Shown here: positions 23,071-33,555 of the stretch, in pieces
Layout: every line of letters starts with the position of its first letter
Position numbering within the stretch: position 1 is the stretch's first letter
From: Histomonas meleagridis 2922-C6/04-290x
Taxonomy: Eukaryota; Protista; Parabasalia
Reading direction: 5' to 3'
Assembly (NCBI GenBank): GCA_020184695.1
Contig: JAANOX010000258.1
Location: forward strand, 248,001 to 312,000
DNA length: 64,000 nt
Translations under genes and position numbers: made by a program
The notes under the pieces: generated by a model
Database searches by the model: none
What the model saw: the letters and a program-made list of their open reading frames with translations, nothing else
Told to the model about the DNA's origin: nothing

Positions 23071-23501
23071 TTTCTCGAAAAAAATTTTTCTGTTCTGTTC
23101 ACAGACGAAGAAAAGTGACCAATCACATTCAAAAATTGAATACGAATTCCAAAATTTATCCGAAACAACTATCTACCGAAAATCAAAAAATTTATCGAAA
23201 ACATTGCTGGTTTTAATATTTTTATCTGATATTTACAAAAGCTTTGAAATATGAAGAACATTAAGCAATAATGAGGGAAACATAAGAAGAAAAAGCTTCA
23301 AACTTGAGATTTATTCATTTTCCAGTTAATTTGAAACGTTTTCAAAAAATTTTAACGCTGGTAGCGATTTAGTAAAAAAAGTTGTTTTTGAAAACACCAT
23401 CAAACAAATGAATAGGTCGATAACGCTCACAAAAGTAAATTTTTTATCAAATTTGAATTGTATTCAAAAATATCGTTGCATTGAAAACAATTGACAAACT
23501 T

Positions 23502-23515
23502 TCATTTCACTTTAT
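23502..23515 (+). promoter_or_regulatory. Tandem Inr-like element of adh1
   Basis: TCATTTCACTTT lies 5-18 nt upstream of ATG 23520. Confidence 0.6.
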
Positions 23516-23519
23516 TCTG

Positions 23520-24611
23520 ATGAAGAAAGAACTCCCAAAGACAATGAAAGGCTTTGCCATGCTTAGCATTGGCAAGACAGGCTGGATCACCAAAGAAGTT
23601 CCAAAGTGTGGACCATTAGATGCCATTCTTCGTCCACTTGCATTAGCCCCATGTTCATCAGATGTTCATACAGTTTGGGCTGGAGCACTCGGTGATCGCC
23701 ACAATATGATTCTTGGTCACGAAGCCGTCGGACAAGTTGTTAAGGTTGGTGAACTTGTTAAAGATTTCAAACCAGGTGATAAGGTTATTGTTCCAGCAAT
23801 TACACCAGACTGGGGTAGCAAGGCTGCACAAGAAGGATTCCCACAACACTCAGGCGGCATGCTTGGCGGATGGAAATTCTCAAACTTCAAAGATGGTGTA
23901 TTTGCCGAATATTTCCACGTCAACGAAGCTGATAGCAACATCGCCTTAATCCCAGAAGGAATTACACCAGTTCAAGCAGTCATGCTCAGTGATATGATCA
24001 CAACCGGATTCCATGGAGCAGAACTTGCCAACATTAAGTTTGGTGATATTGTTTGTGTCATTGGCATTGGCCCAGTTGGTTTAATGTCAGTTGCTGGTGC
24101 TAATTTAATGGGTGCATCTCGTATCTTAGCTGTCGGTTCACGTAAGCACTGCTGCGATATCGCACGCCAATACGGTGCAACTGATATTGTCAACTACAAG
24201 AATGGTCCAATCGTTGAACAAGTTATGAAACTTACTAATGGTAAGGGAGTTGATAAGGTTATCATTGCTGGTGGTGAAAGCGATCAATTCGGCGAAGCTG
24301 TTAAGATGGTTAAAGCTGGTGGTGTTATCGGATCAGTTAATTATCTTGGTGAAGGTGAAAATGTTAAGATCCCACGTGTTGAATGGGGTGTTGGTATGAG
24401 CCACAAGCACATCCATGGTGGTTTGACACCAGGTGGCAGAGTTAGAATGGAGAAATTGGCTTCATTAATTAAATTCGGAAAACTCGATCCATTAAAGCTT
24501 ATCACCCACCACTTCCATGGACTCGAAAAGGTCGAAGATGCTTTAATGCTCATGAAGAACAAACCAGCTGACTTAATCAAGCCAGTCGTTGAAATCACAT
24601 ACGATGACTAA
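23520..24611 (+). CDS. adh1: NADP-dependent secondary alcohol dehydrogenase (Zn-MDR; Entamoeba/Trichomonas ADH1, clostridial type)
   Basis: APCSSDVH, GHEAVG, GMLGGWKFSNFKDGVF.EYFHVN, DMITTGFHGAELA, GIGPVG and DLIKPVV. ATG 23520 follows the Inr-like TCATTTCACTTT. Confidence 0.95.
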   Translation: MKKELPKTMKGFAMLSIGKTGWITKEVPKCGPLDAILRPLALAPCSSDVHTVWAGALGDRHNMILGHEAVGQVVKVGELVKDFKPGDKVIVPAITPDWGSKAAQEGFPQHSGGMLGGWKFSNFKDGVFAEYFHVNEADSNIALIPEGITPVQAVMLSDMITTGFHGAELANIKFGDIVCVIGIGPVGLMSVAGANLMGASRILAVGSRKHCCDIARQYGATDIVNYKNGPIVEQVMKLTNGKGVDKVIIAGGESDQFGEAVKMVKAGGVIGSVNYLGEGENVKIPRVEWGVGMSHKHIHGGLTPGGRVRMEKLASLIKFGKLDPLKLITHHFHGLEKVEDALMLMKNKPADLIKPVVEITYDD

Positions 24612-25116
24612 ACTTCAGTAAAAAGGAAGTAACAAAACCTGATGATGAATTTGTTAGCAGCAAATTTAAGAAACAAATGTTGGTAATTTGTTGTACAAAA
24701 AGTGTGTGGGCGCATTTTAGGGAAATGTGATGTGAAATGTTTGTCGTATTAAAAAGTGGCATTTAAACGTCCGTTATTATATCAGACTCGCAATCTGTTT
24801 GATTTTTTGATTTCTGCATCTTTCCGTTGATATAGTGAGAATTTTTCTTTTGTCAAGGTAAATTTATTCCCATATGGCGCAACTTATTTGTATATTGAAG
24901 ATTTAATTCAGTATTAAAACCAATTCAAAAGATTGACTTTCCAATACAACATTACTGCCTGTTCTTTATGAAATAAGAATTTCCCAATTTCTTATATTTT
25001 AATAAGTTTCCTATAACATCACACGTATAAAAGATATAATGTAATTTATGCAACTGATTCTTTAAATAAAGAACATAAAAATGGAAATAAATATATGAGT
25101 TACTTTACTTAAATTT

Positions 25117-25767
25117 TTAGTAAAACTTGTTGTAGTTTGCAGGCTGCGGTGGTGGCACTGGAGCAGGAGCTTGAACATAAATCGGTTCATTATTATCATT
25201 CATTGTGTCAGAGAGAACATCTTCTTTGGGGAATCCATAGTTTGAAGTGAGCAAGTGCAAGAGTATGAACACATGTGACAATATATAAAATGGTAATAAG
25301 GCAGATATGTTTGAATGAGGTTTAAAGCAAGCATCAATAATTTCCTCCTTGAGGTCCTCTGTAAATTCTAAAAATATTGTACATTCTGTGGCCTTAGTTG
25401 CAGCAATTCCAAGAGCAATATCGATGATTGTTCCAGCGCTCATTATTGCTGACAGCCACATGAAAATCTTAAAGGCGATCCTGCTGCATTTGTTATCGCA
25501 ACGACAATGAATAATAAAAGCGATAATAGCAAATAAAAGTTCTATCAGAACCATAATAACCATTGCGAATGGATAACCAAATAAGTGCACTGAATAGTAT
25601 TGATAAATTCCTTCTTCATCGTAGAATTGATAATATACGTCTGTTTCGTGAGAAATCCATATAAATGAAATAACCAAAGACCATAGCAAACTCGAGGAGT
25701 AGAGGATAACCAGAGCTATGTTTATGATTGTAGATTTCTTGCAGGTATATGAAAACTCGGGATCCAT
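25117..25767 (-). CDS. Four-TM membrane protein with Pro-rich tail
   Basis: Four hydrophobic segments, Cys-containing loops, and a C-terminal APAPVPPPQP. Confidence 0.75.
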   Translation of the reverse strand: MDPEFSYTCKKSTIINIALVILYSSSLLWSLVISFIWISHETDVYYQFYDEEGIYQYYSVHLFGYPFAMVIMVLIELLFAIIAFIIHCRCDNKCSRIAFKIFMWLSAIMSAGTIIDIALGIAATKATECTIFLEFTEDLKEEIIDACFKPHSNISALLPFYILSHVFILLHLLTSNYGFPKEDVLSDTMNDNNEPIYVQAPAPVPPPQPANYNKFY

Positions 25768-25957
25768 TAAAAAATATGCTGTTAACTGGACGGTTTAATT
25801 GAATGGTTAACTCCAGTGTTTAATAAACCATTCAATTCATTGTTGCATTCAATTATTTTAACTATCGCACTTGAAACTATCATGTAAACAAAAAAGTGTA
25901 TATAAATTAACGGTTTTATTGCAAAAATAAAATACGTTAAATCAGAATAATTGGAAT

Positions 25958-26511
25958 TTACATATTGAAAGAGGCCATTGAAGCCTCATCATCCATTTGC
26001 TCATATTGGTTTCGCATAGGATTCTCGTAGACTCCATAGTTTATCATCATCATGTATAATAACATTAATACATGAGTAATGACAAAGTACACCAAGAAAC
26101 CAGCAATTTTACTATGAGGCTTTAAACAAGAGTTAACAGCTTTTTCCCTTAATTGTTTTGTAAAGTCCAAAAAGATTGCACATTTTGATGGATTTGTTGA
26201 ATAAAAAGCAAATACATAATTAAAAATAGTTCCAAGGCTAGAAACTGCTGTTATCCAAGTGAGAACTTTGAGGCTACATTTGCCGCATCTTCCGCATTGG
26301 CGGCAATTGTAAACGGTCAATGTCAACAGTGCGAAGAAAGCTTCCACTGGAAAGAATGCAATTTCTAAATTGTAAGCAAGTGAACAGTCTTTTACATATT
26401 TTTGTGTCTCTGTGTAACAATCAAGCACCATCCCAATCCAACAAAGTAAAGAGTGGCCATAAATATGTTTACGATGGTTTTTTTAATGCATTTATATTCA
26501 CTGTCAAACAT
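25958..26511 (-). pseudogene. Tandem paralog of the four-TM gene, frameshifted near 26400-26425
   Basis: ATG 26511 gives MFDSEYKCIKKTIVNIF..LW-like (aligning with MDPEFSYTCKKSTIINI) and stops after about 39 codons; the remainder (C..FL.FT..L.E.....C.KPHS.I) is in another frame. Confidence 0.7.
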
Positions 26512-27217
26512 GAATCTAGCTAATGATTAGACGGCTTTTAAAAGTTGTGTCCAACTGTTTGAACGGTTTATTTGTATTTTGAATGCACAGGCCAAAATTA
26601 TTGAATCATATTTAATCGTAAACTTTTGCAAAACTTCACTTAACTTTTTTTTTCAATATGAGAACTACCGCATTGAAAATTCAATTCCTTCTGTAAAGAT
26701 TCAAAAAATATTACACAGATTTGTGACCTCAGCATTTATAATTTTTTTTAGTCGATCTAATAACTCAATTCATTTATAAATTTTTGATCTGAGTTATAAA
26801 AACATCATTATGATCAAACCTATTGAAATCATTCTTTGATTCATTATATTATTCGAAACTTGTTTGTCTCATATACGTGTGATAGGTTATCCTATACTTC
26901 ATTGTAATTTTTAATTGAATTCCTTAGAACAAAAAATCCAATACTTAATGATATGCGATTCAAAATAAACATTTAATAAACCTAAAAGTTACTTAAAATC
27001 ATATAATATTTCAAGTTAAAAATATTTTTTATACAGGAGAAGTCAATAAAAAATTGGTTTTATGCAACATTACAAAACACATTTTTCATTTTCATTATTT
27101 CAAAATCAATTTTTATATATTTTGAGATTCGTTAAGTCTACTTTTAAAGCATTATAAATCTTTCATGCAAAACAATTTTTCTCATAAAATCAGAAAGAAA
27201 ATATTTATTAAAATATA

Positions 27218-27835
27218 TCAAACATCTAAAAAATCAAGTTCAATATTAAAATCTGAAAAGTTTTCATCACCATTGAAAGAAAATTCATCATCTGTTTGGA
27301 ATAAGAGGTAATTTGTATCATGAGTATTTTCGACTGTTTTTTGCATGTATCCATATTCGAAGTATGACTCGAATAACATTTTACAATTACATGCTTCAGC
27401 TTCATTAATTCTACTTGTCCATTGTCTCATTTCACAACAATTTCCTTTCATAAAAGGAAATAGTTTTGCTAATTCTGTTGCATGTTCTGGCGTGATTGAT
27501 GAGTTTTTATAGCCAAGATTTAGAAGTCCGCTGTTGATAGATGATTTGCATTTAGCAATTAACTTAGATAAATTTCTGTTACATACTGCTATACCATCTG
27601 ATATCCATATTACACCACAAATCAATGAACGTATAGAGTCATTTCCATCATGTTGGAAAACATATTGTTTGATCTTATCAAGAATAATTCGAAATTGATT
27701 CTTCAATTTTTCTTTGGTCGCTCGATATAAAAATGGCTCTATTTCCTTTTTCAGATTGATATAGTTATCTTTGTCTTTTGTTGTTAAAAGGTTCCAATAA
27801 GATGGGAAATCATCATTTTGATTTTGGTTCAACAT
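27218..27835 (-). CDS. Initiator-binding domain (IBP39-like IBD) transcription factor
   Basis: 'YWNLL...Y..LK...DGNDSIRSLICGVIW..DGIAVCNRNLSKLIAKCKSSINSGL.NLGY' is the parabasalid IBD signature. Confidence 0.9.
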   Translation of the reverse strand: MLNQNQNDDFPSYWNLLTTKDKDNYINLKKEIEPFLYRATKEKLKNQFRIILDKIKQYVFQHDGNDSIRSLICGVIWISDGIAVCNRNLSKLIAKCKSSINSGLLNLGYKNSSITPEHATELAKLFPFMKGNCCEMRQWTSRINEAEACNCKMLFESYFEYGYMQKTVENTHDTNYLLFQTDDEFSFNGDENFSDFNIELDFLDV

Positions 27836-28329
27836 TGATTCAAGTGAACTCAAAACCAATTTGAAAGAACTCTGAATCTATATCATTGAAAAAGTTATCT
27901 CGAGGCAATTAATGACTTGTTTCGAATGCCAGCCGCTTTTTTGAATACGTTCCAGTCAATATTTGAATGGAAATAAAATCGGTTTTGTCACTTAACATTT
28001 TGTTGTTACATGTCGAAATGCCATTGAATTCAAATAACCGCTTTGAATTAAAACCGACCGATTGCATCTTCCTTAAAAAAATATTTCAAATTTTTTTTAG
28101 AAATAATCATAATTATCTACAAATATATTTTTCAATGAAATACCAGAATTTATAATTCAAGGAACAAAAATTGTCAAATTGATTTTATCAAAAATCTTAA
28201 TCCAATATTTAATAAATCGGATACCTGCATTAAATGAAAATTTAAAACAAATAAATAAGAAATATTTAAAAAAATAATATATATTTTAAATTACAAATTT
28301 GTATAGATATCTATATCTTATTAACAAAA

Positions 28330-28809
28330 TTATTTTCGCTTAGATTTGGAAGATACACTTGGATAGAAAAAATCTGTCTTGATATGCAAGTTTGGAAGTG
28401 ATGTTTTCTTCTGAACAAACGATGAAAAATGTGAAATTTCGGTTATAGTTTCTTCTGCTGCAGATTTTAAAACACCGATAACACTTGCAACCTTTACATT
28501 AATTTTTTCGCCAAGTTCTTTTGAAGTCATAGAAGTCAAAACAATTGGAATCTCTTTAATAAAAGCCATAGAATAAATCATTTGAGCAACAGTAATTCTT
28601 GCAATATCTGAAGGTAATATCATAATTTGAATCTGATCTTTCTTCAAAGATTTATTAACAGAATTCATTCCGAACACAATTTGCTTTTGCTTTGACAGCT
28701 GTTCAATCACCGACGAAACTAATTCAGAGTCGACACATTTTGTCTCATCTATCTCAAATGCGTCCTGTAGCTCCAAATACTGCTTCTGACTGAGCCGCGC
28801 CTTTTTCAT
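28330..28809 (-). CDS. L7Ae/L30e-family RNA-binding protein (RPP38/Pop3-like)
   Basis: 'VFGMNSVNKSLKKDQIQIMILPSD' and 'IPIV...SKELGEKI.VK.ASVIGV'. Confidence 0.7.
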   Translation of the reverse strand: MKKARLSQKQYLELQDAFEIDETKCVDSELVSSVIEQLSKQKQIVFGMNSVNKSLKKDQIQIMILPSDIARITVAQMIYSMAFIKEIPIVLTSMTSKELGEKINVKVASVIGVLKSAAEETITEISHFSSFVQKKTSLPNLHIKTDFFYPSVSSKSKRK

Positions 28810-28889
28810 ATTGGAAAACGTTAAAAGAATTGACTGTAAACTAAAAAGTGCCATATGGCTTAAAATCATATTCAAAATTCTTGAATCGT

Positions 28890-30059
28890 TTAGCAAAGGT
28901 TCTTGATTGTTTCAACAATCTTATCAGCATCAGCGAACTTGATAAGGTGTGAGAAGAAGAATGTCTTTTCATAGAATGATTCGCCAAGATTCTTAACATA
29001 TGTTTGCATGGCACCAAGGACCTTCTTGTATGCAGCCCAATCCTTGATTGGTGTGTATGCTGTGAAGTCTTCATCTGCATCTGCAACGAATTTGTTCTTA
29101 AGAACATCGATGATTTGGTCAACACGCTTTTCGGCAGCGAGTTCAGCGGCAACTAATTCTTCGTTGTGTGAAAGTTCTGCTTGGCCAAGGATTGCACGTG
29201 TGTTCTTGACTTTGATGATTGGACCATTGAGTCTTGTAACCTTGCGTTGCTTGTTAGCCTTACCAACAAAGTCGGAAATCTTTAAGGACTTTAATGTCTT
29301 ATCACCGAATTCGCAAACGTTGGATTGCTTGACACCATCAACGCAGTATGTGTACATTTCGGCGAGTGTGCCATCTGGGTATTGTTCCATGAATTGATCC
29401 TTGATGAGGGAGTATTCTGATGTAAGGCATGTTCCGAGGGTTGAATCATAGAGAGCACCCCAAGATGATTCGTGATCGTTGGAAGCTGTCATTGTGTACA
29501 TGTTTGGAATGTTTTCTAAGTGGTTAGCAACTGAACCAGCATAGCAGGCTGTGATTGCGAAGAAGAGATACTTGAACATCTTCTTTTCGGCCATTTGTTC
29601 GAAGGTCTTTTGGAGATCATCAGCATAGATGTAAGCACCGCAGCCATCTGGAACACCGAGGATACCGCTACCACCATGATCATCGAAGAAAACAAATACG
29701 TTATCGTTTTCTGTTGAAGCAAGAGCTGGACCGTTTGTTGTGTCACCGAGTAAAACGTTGTAGAAGTTTTTAGCAGTGACTGTGTTACCAGTGTACTTGA
29801 TGTTTTCAGCACCTGGGTAAACATTTGGATCGTGTGAAAGTGTACGGAAGATTTGACCTTGGTATGGGTTTCTTGAAGCTGTAGCAATATCGTCATAGTT
29901 CATAAGGATGATCTTATTCTTGTCAAAGCCATTTTCGATAAGAATGTGGTATTGATAGAATGAATCGGCTGTGTGACGGTAGTTTGACCATGAGCGGGAT
30001 CCTGTGTAAATAACAGCCCACTTGTCGCACAAAGCTGCGCCTAAGAGAAGCGAAAGCAT
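28890..30059 (-). CDS. Legumain / asparaginyl endopeptidase (peptidase C13)
   Basis: Signal peptide MLSLLLGAALC, W.NYRH.AD, catalytic DHG and ACYAGS. The Inr-like TCACAAAATG precedes ATG 30059. Confidence 0.93.
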   Translation of the reverse strand: MLSLLLGAALCDKWAVIYTGSRSWSNYRHTADSFYQYHILIENGFDKNKIILMNYDDIATASRNPYQGQIFRTLSHDPNVYPGAENIKYTGNTVTAKNFYNVLLGDTTNGPALASTENDNVFVFFDDHGGSGILGVPDGCGAYIYADDLQKTFEQMAEKKMFKYLFFAITACYAGSVANHLENIPNMYTMTASNDHESSWGALYDSTLGTCLTSEYSLIKDQFMEQYPDGTLAEMYTYCVDGVKQSNVCEFGDKTLKSLKISDFVGKANKQRKVTRLNGPIIKVKNTRAILGQAELSHNEELVAAELAAEKRVDQIIDVLKNKFVADADEDFTAYTPIKDWAAYKKVLGAMQTYVKNLGESFYEKTFFFSHLIKFADADKIVETIKNLC

Positions 30060-30416
30060 TTTGTGAATTGAATACTCAAATTTGTGCCAATTCAATTTTC
30101 CGAACTGCGGTTGGAAATTGAATGTGAATTTCAAATTTCAAGTTGTTGTTGCTCTCAAAATATTTTCTGTGGAAAATTTTTACATCGTTCCGACGAACAA
30201 TAAACGGAAAACCCCAGAATCAAAAAATAGATATTAAACTCTTTTCATATGCTCTTTATATAATATACTTTATTTTATTGAAGAACAATAAAGATTTTCG
30301 AAGTTCATATGTATATTTATTAATTATTAAAATAAATTATTAATATGAATTTTTAAAAATAATGTATTTCTTATGGCGACTTAGTGTATAAAAACAATAT
30401 AAAACAGGAATTCAAA

Positions 30417-30791
30417 TCAATCTTCATTTTGGGTACTATCAAGATCAAGATAAACTTGACGTTCTGCTCTTTGTGTGGCAGTCATTTCTCCTTGCGGTTC
30501 CTCACCTAGAATAACTTCACGCTTTGAATCATGTTTATAACTGAGTTTTTGATGATGAGGAATATAAAGATTTTGCTTTGAACCAGTTGCAATTTTTGAT
30601 CTGTTCTCTAACTCTTGTAGTTCAAGAGCATGTATTCTTTCAAAATGCATGTTAAGGTATTTCATTGATCGAAATAATTTTTGACATGATATGCAAGCGC
30701 ATCTTCCATCGCTTAGTTCGAGTGTGTTTGCAATTCTAAAACTTAATAGAAGAGCTTTATACCTTTTTTGCGCTTCATCATCAACTTCCAT
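30417..30791 (-). CDS. Small C2H2 zinc-finger protein, possibly SERRATE/Ars2 C-terminal-like
   Basis: CISCQKLFRSMKYLNMHFERIH; the terminal 'QVYLDLD' recalls the Ars2 'Y.DLD' motif. Confidence 0.6.
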   Translation of the reverse strand: MEVDDEAQKRYKALLLSFRIANTLELSDGRCACISCQKLFRSMKYLNMHFERIHALELQELENRSKIATGSKQNLYIPHHQKLSYKHDSKREVILGEEPQGEMTATQRAERQVYLDLDSTQNED

Positions 30792-30928
30792 ATTCTTGTT
30801 TGATTAACGGTTGCTGTGGGGCGCCCTGGAAATGAATTGGCACTTTTCCAAATACAAAATGAAAAAAAAATCAAGAAGAATGGTTTTCATTTATTAACCA
30901 TTAAATGAAAGCAAAAATATATGAAACA

Positions 30929-33134
30929 TCATTTATGCTCTTGAAGTAATTTGATAATTTTTGTGTATTTGTTTTCCGATGCAATCATTAATGCTGTTTC
31001 AAATGTTTTAAATTATTACCAAATCTTATTTTAAAATATCATTTTATTAAAATAAATTTTAAATAAAACAAATAGACGTTAGCAGCATTGATATCAATTC
31101 CCTCTTTTCCAAGAAGTAACTTAACAATTTCTGCATTATTATATTCGGTTGCCCAAATAAGAGCTGTATTAAAAATTGTTAATAATTTCCAAAAAATGTT
31201 ATTATACTTTAAATCACTTTAAAAAAATTTATCTTTAGCATTAAAATCAATTTCTTTATCAAGAAGTAATTTAACTATTTCTGGCTTGTCACTTTGAGAT
31301 GCTATCATTAGCACTGTCCAAAATATTTCGGAAAATCTTCAAATTAAACATGTAAATATGTAATTATTCTAACATACATCAAACTTAGTAAATAAATATT
31401 TTTATCATTAATATTTGTTTCATCATGTTCAAGAAACAATTCGACAATTTTTATTTGATCTCTGGAACATGCATAAATAAATGCTGACGAAAACAATTTA
31501 AATAATTTCCAAATAAAATTTTAAAACATCAAGTTATAAAAATAAATATCAAATAAAATATATGAAAATCATGAGCATTGATATCAATTCCTTTTTGTTC
31601 AAGTAATAATTTAACTATTTCTACATGCCCCTTCAAAGTTGCCTTCATAAGTGCTGACCAAAATATTTCTTATGATTTCCAAATAACATTTTGAAGTATA
31701 AAATTGGTTTTAATAATCTTATGCATAGCAAATAAATATCTTTAGCATTGATATTAATTTCTTTCTGGTTAAGAAGTAATTTAACTATTTCCGTATATCC
31801 TTTAGAAGATGATTTAATAAGCGATGTATTAAATAATTTATTTTATTTTTAAATTTTATTTTGAATTCTTAAATCAATTTAAGAAAATTTAAGGATTACA
31901 TATTAATATCCTTAGCGTTGATATCAATTCCTTTTTGCTCAAGAATATATTGAACAAGTTCGAAGTTCCCTGATTCTGAAGAGAATAACAAAATATTATT
32001 TGGAATTTGATTATTTTGAAGGAAATATTTAACAAGGTATAAATTACCAATTTTTGCTGTAACATTAATAATGTCTTCACGAATCTTAAGTCCTTCTTTA
32101 ATTAAGAAAGAAAATATTTCATAATTATGACATACAATACACTTCTTCCCCAATTTTTCTATGTTTTGAACTTCAATAATTTTATTATCATAGAAATAAT
32201 GGAAAATATCATTTCGATGGAATTCAATTGCTGTTTCATATGCATTTTCAAACGATGAATGATTTTGTTCACATAAATGAACAATTTCTAAATTTCCACC
32301 TGCAATTGCATATTTTCCTGTGTTATTTACTTTTGCATTATTCATAAGCAAATATTTAAAACATTTAATAGCAGAAAAATATGCTGCATAATCAATTAAT
32401 GAAACGTTTTCTTCATTAATAAATGAACACCTTTCATAAATTGATGGTTTGATGATTTGATTATAATCAAAATCTTTTTGAGCTGATATTTCTTGAAGTT
32501 TTTCTATTTCATCATTTTGAATTATTTTTGCAACTTCATTTAGATTAACTCCTTCCTTAACATATTTCTTATGAAGTTCCCAATCATTTTTTTTAAGTGT
32601 TTCTTCATTGTTCATGTAAAACTCCATAAAAGGATCTTCTTCCTCTTCTTCAATGATATATATATCTGAATCATAATGAACAAAATACAATAAATTTCTA
32701 TTTTTTATTAATTTGGAATCAATTAAGTTACGTTGTATCATATTTTCAAGTATGAAATATGACTCTTGTGAGTGTTGTCTAAGGAGAAATTGACTAAAAA
32801 TTTCGAAGATATTATATTTACTTTCTACTTAATCATCAATGCTTTTCAAAAAATTTAGACAAATGTTAATGTCAATAAATTGGTATATAAATGATGTGTA
32901 AATTAATTGGCTTAGAAGAAGTTTATAAGAATATGTAATATCAATTGTTTCAAAGTTCGTCATTATTGATTTGACTCCATTCGCAATATTATCTTCATTT
33001 AATTTAGATACGGTTTGTTGAGTAAAATGTAATATGCTAATGATATCTTTCTTTTCCATTGGTTTGCCAGAAAAGGGGGTTGGCAACTTAAAGTATTCAA
33101 ATACAGCGGCTATATAGCCGTGGAACGTATTCAA
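30929..33134 (-). other. DUF3447-ankyrin locus 1: main ORF followed by 6 single-repeat cassettes separated by non-coding spacers
   Basis: DUF3447-type 'SIYERCSFINEENVSLIDYAAYFSAIKCFKYLL'. Cassette Thr/Ser codons at 31827, 31657, 31487, 31317, 31167 and 30997; terminal TGA at 30931-30929; one in-frame TAA at 32831-32829. Confidence 0.9.
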
Positions 33135-33555
33135 TTTTCAATTGACCAATCGAAGTCACTCAAAAAATTCTATGCGTTTCAGTGCAAAATTTTGCTGACT
33201 TTTAACTCTTCATCTTTTATTTTTGCAATAAAGATCCTTTTTTGAAGTAAAATATCGAATCTGAAGAAATAATAATAATCAAATTTGTCTTTGATGATAT
33301 TATATTTATTATTTTTTATAAACATAATTATGTTTCTGCAATAAGTACGATAAAACTTTTTGTAAAACAATTCATTTGAAACCGATCTGTGTTTAATTTG
33401 ACAGCAAACGTTTCGATATTATTGTCGTTCACTGTAAACACAGATATTCCATTTCTTCAACATCCAAAGACAATTTATGTAAAAAGTAAATTTTATTCAT
33501 TTAAACTATTTTTTATTTATTTAATAATTTCTTATCCAACTCACAAAACTCACAA

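Noticed and set aside
29008-29397. Antisense or overlapping ORFs inside well-supported genes (also 8059-8478, 14214-14555, 38248-38613, 43957-44298, 63327-63704)
   Set aside because: They are expected shadows of codon-biased genes and have no motifs.
30929-31910. CRISPR-like array or satellite
   Set aside because: No identical direct repeat and no cas genes; the periodic units are divergent protein-coding ankyrin repeats.
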